From NCBI GenBank assembly GCA_002269645.1, contig NIVC01000013.1, positions 558,001-622,000 of the forward strand: DNA of 64,000 bases. The letters are read 5' to 3'. Below are positions 12,025 to 25,400 of this stretch, one piece after another. The position numbers and the translations under genes are program-made. The DNA is from Macrostomum lignano. Its lineage: Eukaryota. Positions within the stretch are counted from its first letter, which is position 1, and each line of letters starts with the position of its first letter. The notes beneath the pieces are model-generated. The model had not been told where the DNA came from. It was given only the letters and a program-made list of their open reading frames with translations, and did no database searches.

Positions 12025-13780
12025 TTAATCTACTAAATTCAGATATTCCTTGTCTGACGCGAATTGTACCTGAAAAAAGTCGCTGTTCGAGGGAACTGGG
12101 GACAATTTGACCAGCTAATTTTCATGCACCGTGTCTGCTCTGTGTCTATCCGCTGTGTCTCACCCTCTATCCGCTGTGGCTCACCCTCTATCCGCTGTGT
12201 CTCACCCTCTATTCACTGTGTCTCACCCTCTATCCGCTGTGTCTCACCCTCTATTCACTGTGTCTCACCCTCTATCCGCTGTGGCTCACCCTCTATCCGC
12301 TGTGTCTCACCCTCTATCCGCTGTGGCTCACCCTCTATCCGCTGTGTCTCACCCTCTATCCGCTGTGTCTCACCCTCTCTCCGCTGTGTCTCGCCCTCTT
12401 ATCTGATGCGGCTCACCCTCTATCCGCTGTGGCTCACCCTCTATCCGCTGTGTCTCACCCTCTATCCGCTGTGTCTCACCCTCTCTCCGCTGTGTCTCGC
12501 CCTCTTATCTGATGCGGCTCACCCTCTATCCGCTGTGGCTCACCCTCTATCCGCTGTGTCTCACCCTCTATCCGCTGTGTCTCACCCTCTATCCGCTGTG
12601 GCTCACCCTCTATCCGCTGTGGCTCACCCTCTATCCGCTGTGTCTCACCCTCTATCCGCTGTGTCTCACCCTCTATCCGCTGTGGCTCACCCTCTCTCCG
12701 CTGTGTCTCACCCTCTATTCACTGTGTCTCACCCTCTATCCGCTGTGTCTCACCCTCTATTCACTGTGTCTCACCCTCTATCCGCTGTGGCTCACCCTCT
12801 ATCCGCTGTGTCTCACCCTCTATCCGCTGTGGCTCACCCTCTATCCGCTGTGTCTCACCCTCTATCCGCTGTGTCTCACCCTCTCTCCGCTGTGTCTCAC
12901 CCTCTCTCCGCTGTGTCTCACCCTCTTATCTGATGTGGCTCACCCTCTATCCGCTGTGTCTCACCCTCTCTCCGCTATGTCTCACCCTCTATCCGCTGTG
13001 TCTCACCCTCTCTCCGCTGTGTCTCACCCTCTATCCGCTGTGTCTCACCCTCTCTCCGCTGTGTCTCACCCTCTATCCGCTGTGTCTCACCGTCTCTCCG
13101 CTGTGTCTCACCCTCTATCCGTTGTGTCTCACCCCTCTCTCCGCTGTGTCTCACCCTCTATCCGCTGTGTCTCACCCTCTATCAGCTGTGTCTCACCCTC
13201 TATCCGTTGTGTCTCACCCCTCTCTCCGCTGTGTCTCACCCTATATCAGCTGTGTCTCACCCCTCTATCAGCTGTGTCTCACCCTCCTATCTGATGTGGC
13301 TCACCTTCTATCCGCTGTGTCTCACCCTCTATCCGCTGTGTCTCACCCTCTATCCGCTGTGTCTCACCTTCTATCCGCTGTGTCTCACCCTCTATCCGCT
13401 GTCTCACCCTCTATCCGCTGTGTCTCACCCTCTATCCGCTGTCTTCCCTACAGTATTGCAAACCGCGTATTTAACAATAAACATTAAAAAGCTTTAATTG
13501 TCAAACTTACAATCAGAGTTTTTAATTACCAAAATCTTACATGATCGCATTTTTTGAAGCTAGGAATTCGAAAACTAGATACTATATTATTTATATTAAC
13601 TTCTGCCTATTTAAATAACGGCCTAAAAGATAAAAATTTTGAGCAGAGACTTACGAGTAATTAATGACGCCAATACAAATTGATGTAATGCGTTTTACAT
13701 CGTTATTCGTTACTAATTCGTTAGTAGTCATTGTGCTGTCTTGACTGGGTGCCCTTGAATTTAGTAACGCAATGGTGCAG
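12025..13780 (-). CDS. Candidate 3' exons of an unidentified spliced gene
   Basis: Exons 13780-13655, 13559-13541 and 12069-12025 join in phase through GTAAGT/GTAAGA donors and TTCCTAG/TTTTTTCAG acceptors to give ...CTIALLNSRAPSQDSTMTTNELVTNNDVKRITSICIGVINYSFKKCDHVQFASDKEYLNLVD*. No family recognised. Confidence 0.35.
12145..13442. repeat. 21-bp minisatellite (CCGCTGTGTCTCACCCTCTAT)n
   Basis: Direct reading; same unit at 18823-19107. Confidence 0.96.
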
Positions 13781-14199
13781 CTTAAGGATATCCCATATAA
13801 ATTACTATAATATATAATGTTACACTATACACCTATTATTTACTCGTATATGGGTGATTTCAATATTACTATATGCATCAAATTAAGAATTTTCGCCGAT
13901 CGGGAGGCGAATCGCAAGTGTAGATATTTTATTCTGACAATGGTAATAATCCAAGCTGTACGTGCAGAAACACACAAACCCGTACACATATTGGTGTTAC
14001 AATAGGAAGCAAGCAATTGAAGTAAGGGTTGTGATGATTAAAAGCAAAGTCAAAAGCAATATTTAGCATGGGCTCAATGCTGTTGCTATATATAGAATTT
14101 TATTTACTTCATTTTTTTACAAAATTTTCTATTGTGGGTTCACTATGTAAGAGCGAAGCTGCAGAACAATAGAAAATTGTATTTGAGTACAAATCTGAA

Positions 14200-16400
14200 G
14201 TTGAGAAGCAGCCTGAAATGAAGACCTCCGCGTCGTTGCGGTAGCCGCGAGCCACCAGGCGGAGTTCTGCAGGCGAGCACGCGGAGGATGGTCGGAATGA
14301 CCATAGCAGAGAACTCCGTCCTCGACAATTAGAGCATTCCGGGCCGCTTTGAACGGTCTCTCAGCTGGGGAGCTGCTCGACCATATTTGTTGGTGACGAC
14401 TCGCTTTGTGACATCCATCAGCAGCCTTTCCCTCTGGGTTTCGGCCTTGAGCTCCTGCCATGGGATTACAGCCTCTGCTGTCCGGTGGATAACGCTGTCG
14501 AGCTGCTGCTCTGCACCCTGGTTCTCGAAGCTGTCACCATTAAAGTCTAGCCGTTACAGCGCATCGTCATGCGGGATTGACTCGCCCTTCGTGTAGACGA
14601 TATGGTAGTCGAAAGTCATTAGTTTTATGGCCCACTGAAGCAGCCTGGCGTTTGCGACTTTCGGCATTTGGCGTCTCGGAGCCAAAGCTGAACTCCAGCG
14701 GGCGGTGATCGGTTCTTAGAGTAAATCAAGATCCCAGCAGGAACAATGACAACTAAAGTAGTCTTTGAGCAGGAATTGCTTGGCACGCTTCATGACCCAG
14801 ACGACTTGCGAGTGCCTCTCTTGCTATGTTTGAGTAGCGCGCCCGATCGGTAGTGCTCAGTCGCCTGCTGAATTACATGATTGGGTGACCATCTTGTGAC
14901 GGAATCTGACGAGCGTTGTTTCTTTGCGCTTGTTGTACGGCTTGATGGAGAATGTCCTTGATCAGCGAGAATGTTGCTTGCGAAGCAGGACCCCCGTTGA
15001 ACTCAGCAGCTCGGGCGCGCAGCTGATTGAGCGGCTCAACGTTATCAAAGTACATGTAGCTCCTGATGAACCGCTCAAAGAATTTCGCGAGTCCTAGGAA
15101 AGATTCTAACTGCTTCGTGTCCTTGAGTGGTTTTACCGAGCAGATTTTCTCCACCAGGTCCGGGCCCGGCGTGATTCCGGCGGCGCTAATCTAGTAGCCA
15201 AGGAACGAAAGGGGGTGTCAACTTAAGGCTCTAGAATGGAACCCAAAGCAAAGCTCCAGACCAAATCGACTGGAATCGATAACTAGTCGGACCAGGTGAC
15301 TAGAATCGCCGAGACATCCCATCCGGGTCCCTTCCTTGGGGTCCCAGAGGATAACGGGGGTAAAATAGGGATCTCATGTCAACTTAAGGCTCTAGAATGG
15401 AACCCAAAGAAAGGCTCCAGACCAAACCGACTGGAATCGATAACTGGTCGGACCAGGTGACTAGAATAGCCGAGACAGCCCATCCGGTCTCTTCCTTGGG
15501 GTCGTCACGACAGTAGCTATAGCTGCACAGTTGGTGTTGGCGCATGGGACGTGCTTTGGTGCCGTAAAAGTAGCGTAGAGACCGCCTAGAGTTAACGGTG
15601 CGGTTGAAAACTCCTGCAAAGAAATGCTGAAGATACGATTATCCGGAACTCCTATGGGAAGCTCCTCCGTGCTAGTCAGGCAACTATCGCACGTACGAGT
15701 GTAAATTCGCTTAGGCAATGACGCTGCGCAGCTGCAACTCTGGCAGAATGCACTGTAGCAACTCGTTCATGCAGTGTTGCTGTCTTGGTGCACTGCTGCG
15801 GATAGCTTCGACAAGTTGATCTACGCTTGCTGGTCCAGTCGCCATAGACGTCATCAGGTTGGTCATTGCAGTGTTCACTTCCCCACCTCTGACCGGATGA
15901 AAGAGCTGGACTTTGCTGCTGATGCAGTGAAGCAGTGCAACAACAATTGCGTTGCACTGCTGACCATGGTTTTGAAGATCAAAGAGTCTTGAAGACTGAG
16001 GCTTGGATCGTGAGCTGCTGCTGGCTGACTGAAACTCCTCTTGCTGGCCGCTAGACTGTTGCTCAGTAGGCTTTCGCTGCTGTGGCAAAGCATTTTCTCT
16101 GGCATAAAGAATGGCAACAAGGCCGCGTAGAAGAGCGGAATCAACAAAGCGAAGGCTAACACCAGACCTTCGATAGCTATCTTGGTGGTAAGCGTAGCAG
16201 CCCAGGAGCTTGAGCACTGCCATTACACGACTTCCAGCTTTTGCAGACGAGTAGCAGCCATGAAAAAGTTGCAATCCTGGATCTCTAAAACCAAAGCGAT
16301 TTTCCGCTGCTGTGTCACACACTCTGAGAATCACGCGGTAGGATTCCGAATTGTGGCGCTAGAAAACGACAGCTAAAAAAATCCAAGACGGATGCCACCA
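14200..16400 (-). mobile_element. Degenerate Ty3/gypsy LTR retrotransposon internal region (gag-like, RT C-terminus, RNase H)
   Basis: Minus strand: SFLGY*ISAAGITPGPDLVEKICSVKPLKDTKQLESFLGLAKFFERFI (~15205-15060); FTLRTDHRPL and ARLLQWAIKLMTFDYHIVYTKG...HDDAL*RL (~14720-14560); LIVEDGVLC near 14330. Stops and frameshifts present. TGGTGGCA at ~16401-16394 is a possible degenerate primer-binding site. Boundaries approximate. Confidence 0.8.
15216..15503 (+). repeat. 161-bp direct duplication (1.8 copies); the unit starts TG and ends CA
   Basis: TGTCAACTTAAGGCTCTAGAATGGAACCCAAAG at 15216 and 15377. Confidence 0.9.
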
Positions 16401-17408
16401 GTAGTAATTAAAAATTACACAGAGAGCCGTTTTTTCCATTACGAATCAATGGGTAAGTAAGGTACCGAACCAACCGCTAGTGCTTTCTACAGAAATTGCA
16501 ACTATTCTATCCACATTTCCATTCACAAAGAACGAAAGAAAAGATCTTTTTCATCAACCAACAACCTCTCAACAGAAACACGATCTCTATCCGATGTATA
16601 GGCTAGGCAGGATAGCTGCGTTAGAAGAATCGAGAGAGGCAAGCAAATAAGTGTCGCAAGCCCGAGTTCCTTCCTAGACAATTTCATGCGAACGCTTACC
16701 ACACACATCGAAGAGAGGGGCACGACTATAGCTGCGAGGAAAACGCAGACAAAAGCTTGAAAACCGAGAGCGAAGCCGAACGTTCACCCCCCCCCCCTCG
16801 CGAGAGTATGTACGAGTACATCAAACCCAAATTTGAGGGGTGGGGTGTTGGGAGACGTGGCCTAAGTTAGAAATCGGATTCCAACTGGACTAGTTCGCGC
16901 AAATGGGCTGCCTTCTTTACAAGAATGCCGAAGCCACGGAGCGCAAGTGCGCAACGCTAGGGCCATCGAGACCGAGAGCCTGCAATCCAGCCAGGAAAAA
17001 ACAAGCGAAGCTCTTAAGTCCGTAGCCATTGCCTTTGACCGCACCGAGTCGTCAATCGCGCTATTAAGAAAGCCTGCTCTGTCTCGCCATACTGATCTAT
17101 AAATTTGTTAAGTTTTCGAGATGCCACACGTAAGATACTTTAAAGAAAATATGTCCAATTTTTAATTCCAAACTTATTCTTGAATTTTGCGTCAAAAATC
17201 CAGGAGCGATACCGACTCGCCGGTCATTCGTACATTCGGTACATTCGGTTTATTTTAGCTATAAAAGAAATATACAAGAAACTAAAAAAACAGCGTACGT
17301 ACAACAGTTGTTATTCAAAGCATACTCTACTAAATTACATCAATAGTCCAAAGTTTTAAGTATCGATTCAAACCTCAGCTTTTCTTCACTTAATTGTCCA
17401 TCGTCAAA

Positions 17409-17713
17409 TCAAAGTAATCCACCGGCTTTATCTGAGCACTTCCTCCCTCGTGGATATTCAAAGCGATAGCCATTACTCCCGATCTGAACTATCTCCACAC
17501 GAACATGTCCTTGTTTAAGGCATCCGATCGTGCATTCGTAGCCTGGTGGGGGGGTGTTAAATACCCCGTTTCTTCTTGCTGCAAGAAGTAGAAAGGCAGG
17601 ACGTTACTGCAAGATCTTTTAAAGATTGTTTTGTTAAACACAAAGTAAAATATCTGCTTACCTTCTTTGACATATCGCTCTGCTAACGCTTTTCTTTCTT
17701 TCGACTTGTCCAT
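17409..17713 (-). CDS. Candidate small two-exon ORF (73 aa), unknown function
   Basis: Exon 17713-17662 (ATG...GAA G|GTAAGC) and exon 17578-17409 after TTCTTGCAG give MDKSKERKALAERYVKEARRNGVFNTPPPGYECTIGCLKQGHVRVEIVQIGSNGYRFEYPRGRKCSDKAGGLL*. Confidence 0.3.
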
Positions 17714-18319
17714 TGCTACTATTGTTATTCAAAAAAATATTTTTCAAGAACGCGGCAAAGTTGGAATTGTTGGACTCCATCTCTTCTTTTATATACAAAT
17801 TGTTTACACAGTGCCAGGGAATCCTCTTTGGTTGCTTCGCTTCCCCAGGAAGCGACACTCACTCTGCCCCACCCCCTCCGCTGTACAAGGTTAAGTCTCG
17901 TTTTTCGAGCTGTGTGGGAAGAAGGGTCCAGTCCACAGACCACTAAGTATAACTAGACTGCGCATGTGGGGCAAGAAATGTGTGCCTCTTTCCAAGTAGG
18001 AAAAATGGCACCCCAGCTCCCACCCCCTCACGATCGATATTTTTGGCGTCCCTTCCCTTCCTACCCCTCAGTCATTGGGCCGCTGTATTAATTGTTGTCT
18101 TTTGCCATGGAACACGGATTGCTAACCATTTAACCAACTCTATGTGCAACTAGCAATTTAAGTTTAAATTCAGTATTACTCGTATTTTACGATTTATTTA
18201 TTAAAAACTAAAAAACCGTACAAAAACGCTGGCAGACAAAATAAGACTCTTCGAGCTGATAGCATAGAAGCAATAATAAAAGTAGATGAATAGCTCACCT
18301 GGTTCCGAATAGACTATAA

Positions 18320-18825
18320 ATTAAGAAATATCGCTGCTCGAAGTAGTATCTGCCTCCTTCCGGGTCTTCTGCCTGCGCGAAAAAGTTCTTTAGCTTTAGC
18401 CTAGTTTTTTCATTCTGATATTTATGAAGAGCCCGGCCATGACTCGAATTAAATGGAGCTTGTGCGACTCAATGCCGCTGCTCGCGGATGCCGAATGCGA
18501 GTCAAGCTCAGGGAACAGAACAGCTACGTCACTGGAGAATTGGCTGTTATAGCTGGCACGTCGAATAACAGACTCAGCACTGAGCAGCACACGGAAGACA
18601 TCGCTGCTGGGAAAAATCAAGCCGCCAGTTCCTTCCTTGTTCAAAACATTCTTCAAGGCAACAAGTGCGCAAGGGGCACGAAAAGCTGGTGGCGTCTCGG
18701 AGCTGGCAGTCAGAGCTGACCTGCACAGAGCACATTCGACAACTTTCAACATGCTTTGCACAACTGCTCCGGCAATATAGTACACAATAGACTGGAAAAT
18801 CTCACAATTAGATGCATTCATACAG
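18320..18825 (-). mobile_element. P-element/THAP9-like transposase C-terminal relic
   Basis: YYIAGAVV...CALCRSAL...GGLIFPSSDVFRVL matches the YIAG-CxxC-GGLxxPS signature. Frameshift near 18399. 5' end cut by the 21-bp minisatellite. Confidence 0.75.
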
Positions 18826-19107
18826 TGTCTCACCCTCTCTCCGCTGTGTCTCACCCTCTAACCGCTGTGTCTCACCCTCTATTCACTGTGTCTCACCCTC
18901 TATTCACTGTGTCTCATCCTCTATCCACTGTGTCTCACCCTCTATCCGCTGTGTCTCACCCCTTATCCACTGTGTCTGACCCTCTATCCACTGTGTCTCA
19001 CCCTCTATCCACTGTGTCTCACCCTCTATCCGCTGTGTCTCACCCTCTATTCACTGTGTCTCACCCTCTATCCACTGTGTCTCACCCTCTATTTGCTGTG
19101 TCTCACA
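18823..19107. repeat. 21-bp minisatellite, same family as 12145-13442
   Basis: Unit CC(G/A)CTGTGTCTCACCCTCTAT. Confidence 0.95.
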
Positions 19108-19418
19108 CTCCTATAAAGTTTTCCTACTGCTTTGTCGCACCTCCAATCATGCCCGTGTATGCTTCCACAGTTTTGCAATCGTTTTAAAAACAGATTAAAT
19201 AAAAGCGGCACCCGGTCAAAGTAAGTTTCCTCTAGTAATTTGAGAAGTATTTAATTTCATTAAGTATATTTTTCATAATATTATTTTGCAATGAAATTTT
19301 CACAACAGCATTATAACAGCATTAGTAACATTTAATAATCTTATTCTAACATACGGAAAAAACTACAGTAAATAAACCAAACACTAGAGCCAAAATCCAA
19401 ATTTGAAACTGTTCAATA

Positions 19419-22400
19419 TTACTTCTCAACTCCGTTCACTGTCACGACTATGTTTCGAGAACCTGCGATGGGGCAAATTGGGGTTGATAACGCGAGTGTT
19501 GCGAGCAGTATGACACCAAAAAGTAACAGTCAGACTGAAGCTGAAAGTTTCATTAACAATCAATCCCAAAACTCAAAGATCCCCAATCCCAAAACTGAAA
19601 GATCCCTAATCACAAAACTAAAAGATCCCTAATCCCAAAACTCAAAGATCCCCAATCCCAAAACTCAAAGATCCCTAATCCCAAAACAAAAAGATCCCCA
19701 ATCCCAAAACTCAAAGATCCCTAATCCCAAAACTAAAAGATCCCTAATCCCAAAACTCAAAGATCCCCAATCCCAAAACTGAAAGATAACCAAATCCCAA
19801 AACTCAAAGATCCCCAATCCCAAAACTCAAAGATCCCTAATCCCAAAACTAAAAGATCCCTAATCCCAAAACTCAAAGATCCCCAATCCCAAAACTGAAA
19901 GATCCCCAAATCCCAAAACTCAACGATCATGATTCCAAAACAGAAAGATCCCAATGCTAACTTATTGATACCAATCCTAAAACTCAAAGATCTCCGATTC
20001 CAAAAATCAAAGATACCAAAGATCCCAGTGAAAAGCAGATTAGCGAGGCCAGACACAAAGCAGACTCACTTTTATGATTCCTGTGCTCGCACAACCAAAT
20101 ACCCTGCCAGGTGCCCAGGCACATCTGGCCATTGCTGATGGGTATGGTGAGGCTGCAGCCAAGGATGGCAGCTTTGGCGTGCGCGGGCATGTCGTCGGGG
20201 CCTTCGCACGAGTGCTGATAGCGCTGGTCCTGGAGCGAATGAGTGCATGGGTTGATGACAGGGTCTCTAGATTGATAACAGGGTCTCTAGATTGATAACA
20301 GGGTCTCTAGATTGATAACAGGGTCTCTAGATTGATAATAGGGCCTCTAGATTGATAACACAGGATCTCTAGATTGATAACACAGGATCTCTGGATTGAT
20401 AACACAGGATCTCTAGATTGATAATAGGGCCTCTAGATTGATAACACAGGATCTCTAGATTGATAACACAGGATCTCTAGATTGATAACACAGGATCTCT
20501 AGATTGATAATAGGGCCTCTAGATTGATAACACAGGATCTCTAGATTGATAATAGGGCCTCTAGATTGATAACAGGGTCTCTAGATTGATAACAGGGTCT
20601 CTAGATTGATAACAGGGTCTCTAGATTGATAACAGGGTCTCTAGATTGATAACAGGGTCTCTAGATTGATAATAGGGCCTCTAGATTGATAACACAGGAT
20701 CTCTAGATTGATAACACAGGATCTCTAGATTGATAACACAGGATCTCTAGATTGATAACACAGGATCTCTAGATTGATAACACAGGATCTCTAGATTGAT
20801 AACACAGGATCTCTAGATTGCTAACACAGGATCTCTAGATTGATAACACAGGATCTCTAGATTGATAACACAGGATCTCTAGATTGATAACACAGGATCT
20901 CTAGATTGCTAACACAGGATCTCCAAATTGATAACACAGGATCTCTAGATTGATAACACAGGATCTCCAAATTGATAACACAGGATCTCTAGATTGATAA
21001 CACAGGATCTCCAAATTGATAACACAGGATCTCTAGATTGATAACACAGGATCTCCAAATTGATAACACAGGATCTCTAGATTGATAACACAGGATCTCT
21101 AGATTGATAACACAGGATCTCTAGATTGATAACACAGGATCTCTAGATTGATAACACAGGATCTCTAGATTGATAACACAGGATCTCCAAATTGATAACA
21201 CAGGATCTCTAGATTGATAACACAGGATCTCCAAATTGATAACACAGGATCTCTAGATTGATAACACAGGATCTCCAAATTGATAACACAGGATCTCTAG
21301 ATTGATAACACAGGATCTCTAGATTGATAACACAGGATCTCCAAATTGATAACACAGGATCTCTAGATTGATAACACAGGATCTCTAGATTGATAACACA
21401 GGATCTCCAAATTGATAACACAGGATCTCTAGATTGATAACACAGGATCTCTAGATTGATAACACAGGATCTCTAGATTAATAACACAGGATCTCCAAAT
21501 TGATAACACAGGATCTCTAGATTGATAACACAGGATCTCTAGATTGATAACACAGGATCTCCAAATTGATAACACAGGATCTCCAAATTGATAACACAGG
21601 ATCTCCAAATTGATAACACAGGGTCTCCAAATTGATAACACAGGATCTCCAAATTGATAACACAGGATCTCTAGATTGATAACACAGGATCTCTAGATTG
21701 ATAACACAGGATCTCTAGATTAATAACACAGGATCTCCAAATTGATAACACAGGATCTCTAGATTGATAACACAGGATCTCTAGATTGATAACACAGGAT
21801 CTCCAAATTGATAACACAGGATCTCCAAATTGATAACACAGGATCTCCAAATTGATAACACAGGGTCTCCAAATTGATAACACAGGATCTCTAGATTGAT
21901 AACACAGGATCTCTAGATTGATAACACAGGATCTCTAGATTGATAACACAGGATCTCCAAATTGATAACACAGGATCTCCAAATTGATAACACAGGATCT
22001 CTAGATTGATAACACAGGATCTCCAAATTGATAACACAGGATCTCCAAATTGATAACACAGGATCTCTAGATTGATAACACAGGATCTCCAAATTGATAA
22101 CACAGGATCTCCAAATTGATAACACAGGATCTCTAGATTGATAACACAGGATCTCCAAATTGATAACACAGGATCTCCAAATTGATAACACAGGATCTCT
22201 AGATTGATAACACAGGATCTCCAAATTGATAACACAGGATCTCTAGATTGATAACACAGGATCTCTAGATTGATAACACAGGATCTCTAGATTGATAACA
22301 CAGGATCTCCAAATTGATAACACAGGATCTCTAGATTGATAACACAGGATCTCTAGATTGATAACACAGGGTCTCCAAATTGATAACACAGGATCTCTAG

Positions 22401-25400
22401 ATTGATAACACAGGATCTCTAGATTGATAACACAGGATCTCTAGATTGATAACACAGGATCTCTAGATTGATAACACAGGATCTCCAAATTGATAACACA
22501 GGATCTCTAGATTGATAACACAGGATCTCTAGATTGATAACACAGGATCTCTAGATTGATAACACAGGATCTCCAAATTGATAACACAGGATCTCTAGAT
22601 TGATAACACAGGGTCTCCAAATTGATAACACAGGATCTCTAGATTGATAACACAGGATCTCCAAATTGATAACACAGGATCTCTAGATTGATAACACAGG
22701 ATCTCCAAATTGATAACACAGGATCTCCAGATTGATAACACAGGATCTCTAGATTGATAACACAGGATCTCTAGATTGATAACACAGGATCTCCAAATTG
22801 ATAACACAGGATCTCCAAATTGATAACACAGGATCTCTAGATTGATAACACAGGATCTCCAAATTGATAACACAGGATCTCTAGATTGATAACACAGGAT
22901 CTCTAGATTGATAACACAGGATCTCTAGATTGATAACACAGGATCTCCAAATTGATAACACAGGATCTCTAGATTGATAACACAGGATCTCTAGATTGAT
23001 AACACAGGATCTCTAGATTGATAACACAGGATCTCCAAATTGATAACACAGGGTCTCCAAATTGATAACACAGGATCTCTAGATTGATAACACAGGATCT
23101 CCAAATTGATAACACAGGATCTCTAGATTGATAACACAGGATCTCTAGATTGATAACACAGGATCTCTAGATTGATAACACAGGATCTCTAGATTGATAA
23201 CACAGGGTCTCCAAATTGATAACACAGGATCTCTAGATTGATAACACAGGATCTCTAGATTGATAACACAGGATCTCTAGATTGATAACACAGGATCTCT
23301 AGATTGATAACACAGGATCTCCAAATTGATAACACAGGATCTCTAGATTGATAACACAGGATCTCTAGATTGATAACACAGGATCTCTAGATTGATAACA
23401 CAGGATCTCCAAATTGATAACACAGGATCTCTAGATTGATAACACAGGATCTCTAGATTGATAACACAGGATCTCTAGATTGATAACACAGGATCTCCAA
23501 ATTGATAACACAGGGTCTCCAAATTGATAACACAGGATCTCTAGATTGATAACACAGGATCTCCAAATTGATAACACAGGATCTCTAGATTGATAACACA
23601 GGATCTCTAGATTGATAACACAGGATCTCCAAATTGATAACACAGGATCTCTAGATTGATAACACAGGATCTCCAAATTGATAACACAGGATCTCCAGAT
23701 TGATAACACAGGATCTCTAGATTGATAACACAGGATCTCTAGATTGATAACACAGGATCTCTAGATTATAACACAGGATCTCTAGATTGATAACACAGGA
23801 TCTCTAGATTGATAACACAGGATCTCTAGATTGATAACACAGGATCTCTAGATTGATAACACAGGATCTCCAAATTGATAACACAGGATCTCTAGATTGA
23901 TAACACAGGATCTCTAGATTGATAACACAGGATCTCTAGATTGATAACACAGGATCTCTAGATTGATAACACAGGATCTCTAGATTAATAACACAGGATC
24001 TCTAGATTGATAACACAGGATCTCCAAATTGATAACACAGGATCTCTAGATTGATAACACAGGATCTCTAGATTGATAACACAGGATCTCTAGATTGATA
24101 ACACAGGATCTCCAAATTGATAACACAGGATCTCCAAATTGATAACACAGGATCTCCAAATTGATAACACAGGATCTCTAGATTGATAACACAGGATCTC
24201 TAGATTGATAACACAGGATCTCTAGATTGATAACACAGGATCTCCAAATTGATAACACAGGATCTCTAGATTGATAACACAGGATCTCTAGATTGATAAC
24301 ACAGGATCTCTAGATTGATAACACAGGATCTCTAGATTGATAACACAGGATCTCCAAATTGATAACACAGGATCTCTAGATTGATAACACAGGATCTCTA
24401 GATTGATAACACAGGATCTCCAAATTGATAACACAGGATCTCTAGATTGATAACACAGGATCTCCAAATTGATAACACAGGATCTCCAGATTGATAACAC
24501 AGGATCTCTAGATTGATAACACAGGATCTCTAGATTGATAACACAGGATCTCTAGATTGATAACACAGGATCTCTAGATTGATAACACAGGATCTCCAAA
24601 TTGATAACACAGGATCTCCAAATTGATAACACAGGATCTCCAAATTGATAACACAGGATCTCTAGATTGATAACACAGGATCTCCAAATTGATAACACAG
24701 GATCTCTAGATTGATAACACAGGATCTCCAAATTGATAACACAGGATCTCCAGATTGATAACACAGGATCTCTAGATTAATAACACAGGATCTCTAGATT
24801 GATAACACAGGATCTCTAGATTGATAACACAGGATCTCCAAATTGATAACACAGGATCTCCAAATTGATAACACAGGATCTCTAGATTAATAACACAGGA
24901 TCTCTAGATTGATAACACAGGGTCTCCAAATTGATAACACAGGGCCTCTAGATTGATAACACAGGATCTCTAGATTGATAACACAGGATCTCTAGATTGA
25001 TAACACAGGGTCTCCAAATTGATAACACAGGGCCTCTAGATTGATAACACAGGATCTCTAGATTGATAACACAGGATCTCCAAATTGATAACACAGGATC
25101 TCTAGATTGATAACACAGGATCTCTAGATTGATAACACAGGATCTCTAGATTGATAACACAGGATCTCCAAATTGATAACACAGGATCTCTAGATTGATA
25201 ACACAGGATCTCTAGATTGATAACACAGGATCTCTAGATTGATAACACAGGATCTCTAGATTGATAACACAGGATCTCTAGATTATAACACAGGATCTCT
25301 AGATTGATAACACAGGATCTCCAAATTGATAACACAGGATCTCTAGATTGATAACACAGGATCTCTAGATTGATAACACAGGATCTCTAGATTGATAACA

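Noticed and set aside
606-13487. Long repetitive ORFs (SLTH, HCESLL, ISDSQIG, QNVTPV, WDWDSRL, SHPLSAV repeats)
   Set aside because: They are translations of intronic tandem repeats, open in several frames and on both strands because the units lack stops. The real exons splice around them.
16400-16830. 5' LTR of the gypsy relic
   Set aside because: A PBS-like TGGTGGCA is present, but there is no clean CA end and no matching second LTR in the window, so limits cannot be supported.
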